Shown: piece by piece, positions 27,978-32,000 of the stretch
Position numbering within the stretch: position 1 is the first letter of the stretch
Layout of the letters: each line of letters starts with the position of its first letter
Source of the DNA: Prevotella phage Lak-C1
Direction: 5' to 3' (one strand)
Sequence record: MK250029.1
DNA: 32,000 nt
Made by a program: the position numbers and the translations under genes
Notes under the pieces: generated by a model
Databases searched by the model: none
Seen by the model: the letters and a program-made list of their open reading frames with translations, nothing else
Told to the model about the DNA's origin: nothing

Positions 27978-29963
27978 ATGATTAGAACTCCTTTATTAAG
28001 ACCATTAAGAGATAATGGCGCAACTTTATATGTTTTCCCATCTGCTAATGAAGATATTGGTTTAAATTTAAACAGCAGAGCAACAGGTGTTGCAATGTCA
28101 CATTATGCATTACTTAATTTACCTGTAATGTTTGGTAATACAGACCCAAAATCAGAATCTATTGCTATTGCAACTGATTTATAGAATTATATGATGAATC
28201 TTGAATGTACATTACTAAATCAAAATTCATATAATTATTAGGAATATCATACTGTTACAGAACGTGCATTTTTTCATTGGTTAAAAAGTATTGAAACACG
28301 ATTTAAATTAAATCAAGAAGAACAAACAGAAACAGTTAATTCTGAATAGCAATTACAAAATAGAATACTCAATTTAAAACGAAAACAAGATAGTAATGAT
28401 GCTTACTATAAAGAAGACAAAGATAATAAACATAGAATAGTATAGTGCTTTGGCGCAATAGATGCTGGTAATTCATTAAGTACAGAATTTGGTATGTTTA
28501 ATGAAACATATGTTAATATACCTACAAGTTATGGAAATGGACCTGTATTTTTTAAACAGGTTCAGGATTCAGCAGAAACAAATTATATATATGGTAAAAC
28601 ATATAATGCTGGTGATTCAGAACATTTACAGGGAAGAAAGAATAATGTAGATACATTAAAAATATTATCAGATGTAAAACCAAGATATGATAATGATAAC
28701 GGTACTTCATATATATTGAATGATGCATATGAAATAGTAAAAGATATTAATGAAATATAGTCTGCATGTAGAACATTTATAGATAAAAATATTCAGATTA
28801 ATTCATATGATGATGTAAATATTGATTAGAAATCATAGTTTAAAGGTAAATATTGTGATATTACATCAGAACTATGTGAATTTGGTTTTAATGCAATACT
28901 TTTATATTATAGTGTTTATGATTAGAACGATACAACAAAAACAGCATATGCTATAAATCTGTTTGGTATTGTATTTTTAGATTCACCATCAAGTGTATAG
29001 AATGAAACGAAAGAAGATGAAAAATAGAATACATCTGATGTTTCAACAAATAAATCTTTTGTTAAAATACCATCTTTAATTAAAAAGAAATCATTCGGTG
29101 GCGCAAATAAAGCAAATTTCTTTGGTAACAGTTATTCATTCCGTGTTAATATAAAAACATTATCTGTATATGACAATACAGATGCAATGATTCAGGATAA
29201 TACAACAATGTCTTCTATTAACAGTGTTGATTTTTCTGATGTTGTTAGTAATCTTAATAGAGCTATTGATGTAATGAATACGAATGTACAATCAACAATG
29301 GCTATACAAGATGCGTATATGTCAACACTTAAATTAACAGATGAGAATAAACAGAAATTATAGGAATTAGAAGATAAATTAGATGGTTATTTAAATGGTT
29401 CAAAAACATCTGGTATAGTTTCATAGAATATACGAACAAAGGTTATTCAACCTATTACTGATACATCAATAGATTCAAGTGTTAGTGATGGTAATAATAT
29501 AATTAAAATTCAACTTAATAAGCAATTAACTGATTTTATTAACACTGAAGAATATCAAGGTTCAACTTATACACCACCTATTAAAATATTAAATGATGAA
29601 TATACTTATAATGTACCTACTGTATATAAACCTATTTTTAATGTAAGTACACAAGCTGATACTGCATTAGGAGAATGGTCTTCAGATACAGGAGATATAA
29701 ATGACATTATAAATGGTATAGACGTTAATTATTATACATATAACAATAATGTATATCCAAGTATAGAATTACCACAATATGTATTACAGGGATTTGGATT
29801 TGATAAGTTAGTATACAGAACTGGTGATCCAAATAATGATAATGAAAAGGATACTACATTTTTGAATTATGAATCATTGATACCATTAATGATAAAATAT
29901 ATTCAAGATTTAAATAAGAGAATAGATGAATTAGAAAAGAAAAAAATAACGGATAATATTTAA
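27978..29963 (+). CDS. Putative virion/baseplate-region protein, 661 aa, TAG-recoded
   Basis: MIRTPLLRPLRDNGATLYVFPSANEDIGLNLNSRATGVAMSHYALLNLPVMFGNTD... ...YIQDLNKRIDELEKKKITDNI. Continuous through many TAGs. The track shows only two fragments in this frame. Confidence 0.8.
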
Positions 29964-29964
29964 A

Positions 29965-32000
29965 ATGAGTACAAATAATATAAACAGTTTTGCAGAAAAT
30001 ATGCGAAAAACGATTGCATAGCAAACTAATGAACTTTCATTATTATCCGCTATGCAAAGATCATTAACAACAAATGATACTTTTGTTACTTATGAATATC
30101 AAGATACATAGGGAACGAATTCAAGATATTAGTTACCAAGTTATGCATCTATTGTTAATAGATTAAAATCTGTTGAAGAATCTCTTAATACAATTTCAAC
30201 TGGTAAAGGTACAATTAACCTTAATGACGGTTCAAGAAGAACAATTAAATTAAGTTCAATACCAAAAACACCAGATTAGATAAACGGCTTACAGGATCCG
30301 TCTACATTTAAATTAGATACAAATTGGTTTTTTGAAGATTTAATGTTTCCTGGTTTAACAGTTGATATTGACTTAACAGGTTAGATTGATGATGATGCCG
30401 ATAGAGTTAAAGTTGTTAGAGTTATTCTTAATTCTAATGATGATGCAGCAACAACATTATGGAATAATCAAATATCTACAACAACATATGATTATCTTTC
30501 ATTAAAATCATTATTAGCAAACAGTAATATTTCTTATTCAGAAGATGAAGAAATTGTATAGTTACCTTTAGTAAGAAATACAAAATCTGGAACATTTTAG
30601 ATTATACAAGATCCTGATATTATTAACGGAAATGTATGGTATACATTAGACAGTATAACATATTCTACTATTTCAAGTGAAGGTATTGATTAGGGAAAGA
30701 ATAATATATTATCTATTGGCGATTAGTTATCATACAGTGATTCTATTTTTGAAATTATTGCAATTAATTAGAACTCAAGTAAAGTCAGATTAAAACGAAT
30801 TGTAGGAGCAGCATTACCAGGTGTTTATGCAACTCTTAACTATTATGAAGATCCGTTTAGAAGTAAAATAATTTCAGTAAGAGTAGGTGCAAATGAATAT
30901 GATATTATATATGTAAAAGGAATTTCTGAAGCATATAACTTATAGGCAAATACATGGTCAACACCAGTAAGAGTAGATACAAATAATCTTTTATATGAAG
31001 ATAGTAACGGTAATGTTACATCAACGTCATTAACAGAATATTACAGTAATTATGTAGTTGACTGGGGTGCAAAGATGATAGATGAAGCGAAAGAAAGAAC
31101 AGTTACTGCATGGAGTGGACAGAAACCAAATGCACCTACATTATCTGAATCAGATATGAGAGTCGTTCAGGTTAATACACAGATTAATGCAGCAATTGAT
31201 ACAACAACGATTAAGAATACTGCTGCACTTATAGCAGATGATAAGACAAAGATAGATAGTCTTAAATCAGCCATAGCGGACCTCAAATCTGAATTATAGA
31301 ATATTACTAACATCAGTGATTATAACGCGAAACAGGAGCAAATAAACACGCAAACATTAGAGTTATAGAATGCTCAGTCAAGTTATTCAAGTAATGTATC
31401 TGCTTTTTAGTCAGAAGTAAGATCTAATGGTGCTTTATTAACTGATCCTAAATATAGAATCAGAGGGTTCTTCTCTGTACCAGTATAGAAAACACGTATT
31501 GGAAATTCTGGTTTATAGGAAGAAATTATAGGTTTTGATATTGCTTACCGTTATGTGAAAGAAGATAATACACCAGTATTATTAAATACATTCACTTATA
31601 ATGATTAGAATACAGGATCAAGTGTTACAGGTACTTTTTCTGATTGGAATATTTCATAGTCTTAGATGAAAACAAAAGTAAATGACGGTAATGGATATAA
31701 GTGGGTAGTAGAAAATGTTGCAGATTCTACAGAAGTAAATATTAATCAGATTGATATACCTATACAGAAAGGTGAACGTGTAGAAATAAAAGTAAGATCT
31801 ATATCAGAAGCTGGTTATCCATCAAATCCTTTAAGATCAGATTGGTCTAATTCTATCATTATATCATTTCCTGATAATCTTTCATCAACTAATGAAATTG
31901 CAGATTTAATTAAAGATGTTAATGATGACGCATTAACTATTGCTATTAATAATACATTAAGTTCATCTGGTGTAACATCACATTTAGATGATACAATACC
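29965..32000 (+). CDS. Putative large virion/tail protein, TAG-recoded, truncated at window edge
   Basis: MSTNNINSFAENMRKTIAQQTNELSLLSAMQRSLTTNDTFVTYEYQDTQGTNSRYQLPSYASIVNRLKSVEESLNTISTGKG... open with TAG=Gln to the window end. C-terminal part resembles an FN3-like, beta-rich segment. Confidence 0.8.

Noticed and set aside
1-32000. Scattered in-frame TAGs as sequencing errors or pseudogenisation
   Set aside because: Only TAG interrupts the frames, while TAA and TGA are consistently terminal. Reading through gives long coherent proteins at many loci, which fits genetic code 15.
1-32000. CRISPR arrays, tRNA genes (including a suppressor tRNA) and rRNA
   Set aside because: No regularly spaced direct repeats, cloverleaf-like segments or rRNA-like sequences were seen by eye. 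A tRNAscan-SE/ARAGORN run would be needed to exclude tRNAs firmly.

Overview
This 32 kb window is AT-rich DNA from a tailed phage, probably a large T4-like or Lak/crAss-like phage of Bacteroidales. It reads as genetic code 15: in-frame TAG is a sense codon, probably Gln, while TAA and TGA are stops. The supplied ORF track used the standard code, so it fragments or misses many genes that I reassembled by reading through TAG. The left two thirds (mostly - strand) encodes, from left to right: a partial formate-tetrahydrofolate ligase (absent from the ORF track), small unknown proteins, a GT25-like glycosyltransferase, a TAG-containing protein resembling the T4 gp55 late sigma factor, DnaJ, a DnaK split by a ~1.45 kb group I intron carrying a PD-(D/E)XK/Vsr-like homing endonuclease ORF, two related free-standing putative homing endonucleases, an ATP-dependent RNA ligase and several unknowns. 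The right third holds a putative tail-tube-like gene, a solo TnpB with a probable omegaRNA tail, a 492-aa recoded unknown, a UvsW-like helicase, a ~670-bp divergent control region, and a + strand module of TAG-rich putative virion genes. The most notable items are the split dnaK, the phage fhs, the partitioning of recoded TAG codons between gene classes including the late sigma factor, and repeated host-like TAnnTTTG promoters next to hairpin terminators. All functional calls come from reading motifs by eye; no database search was run.
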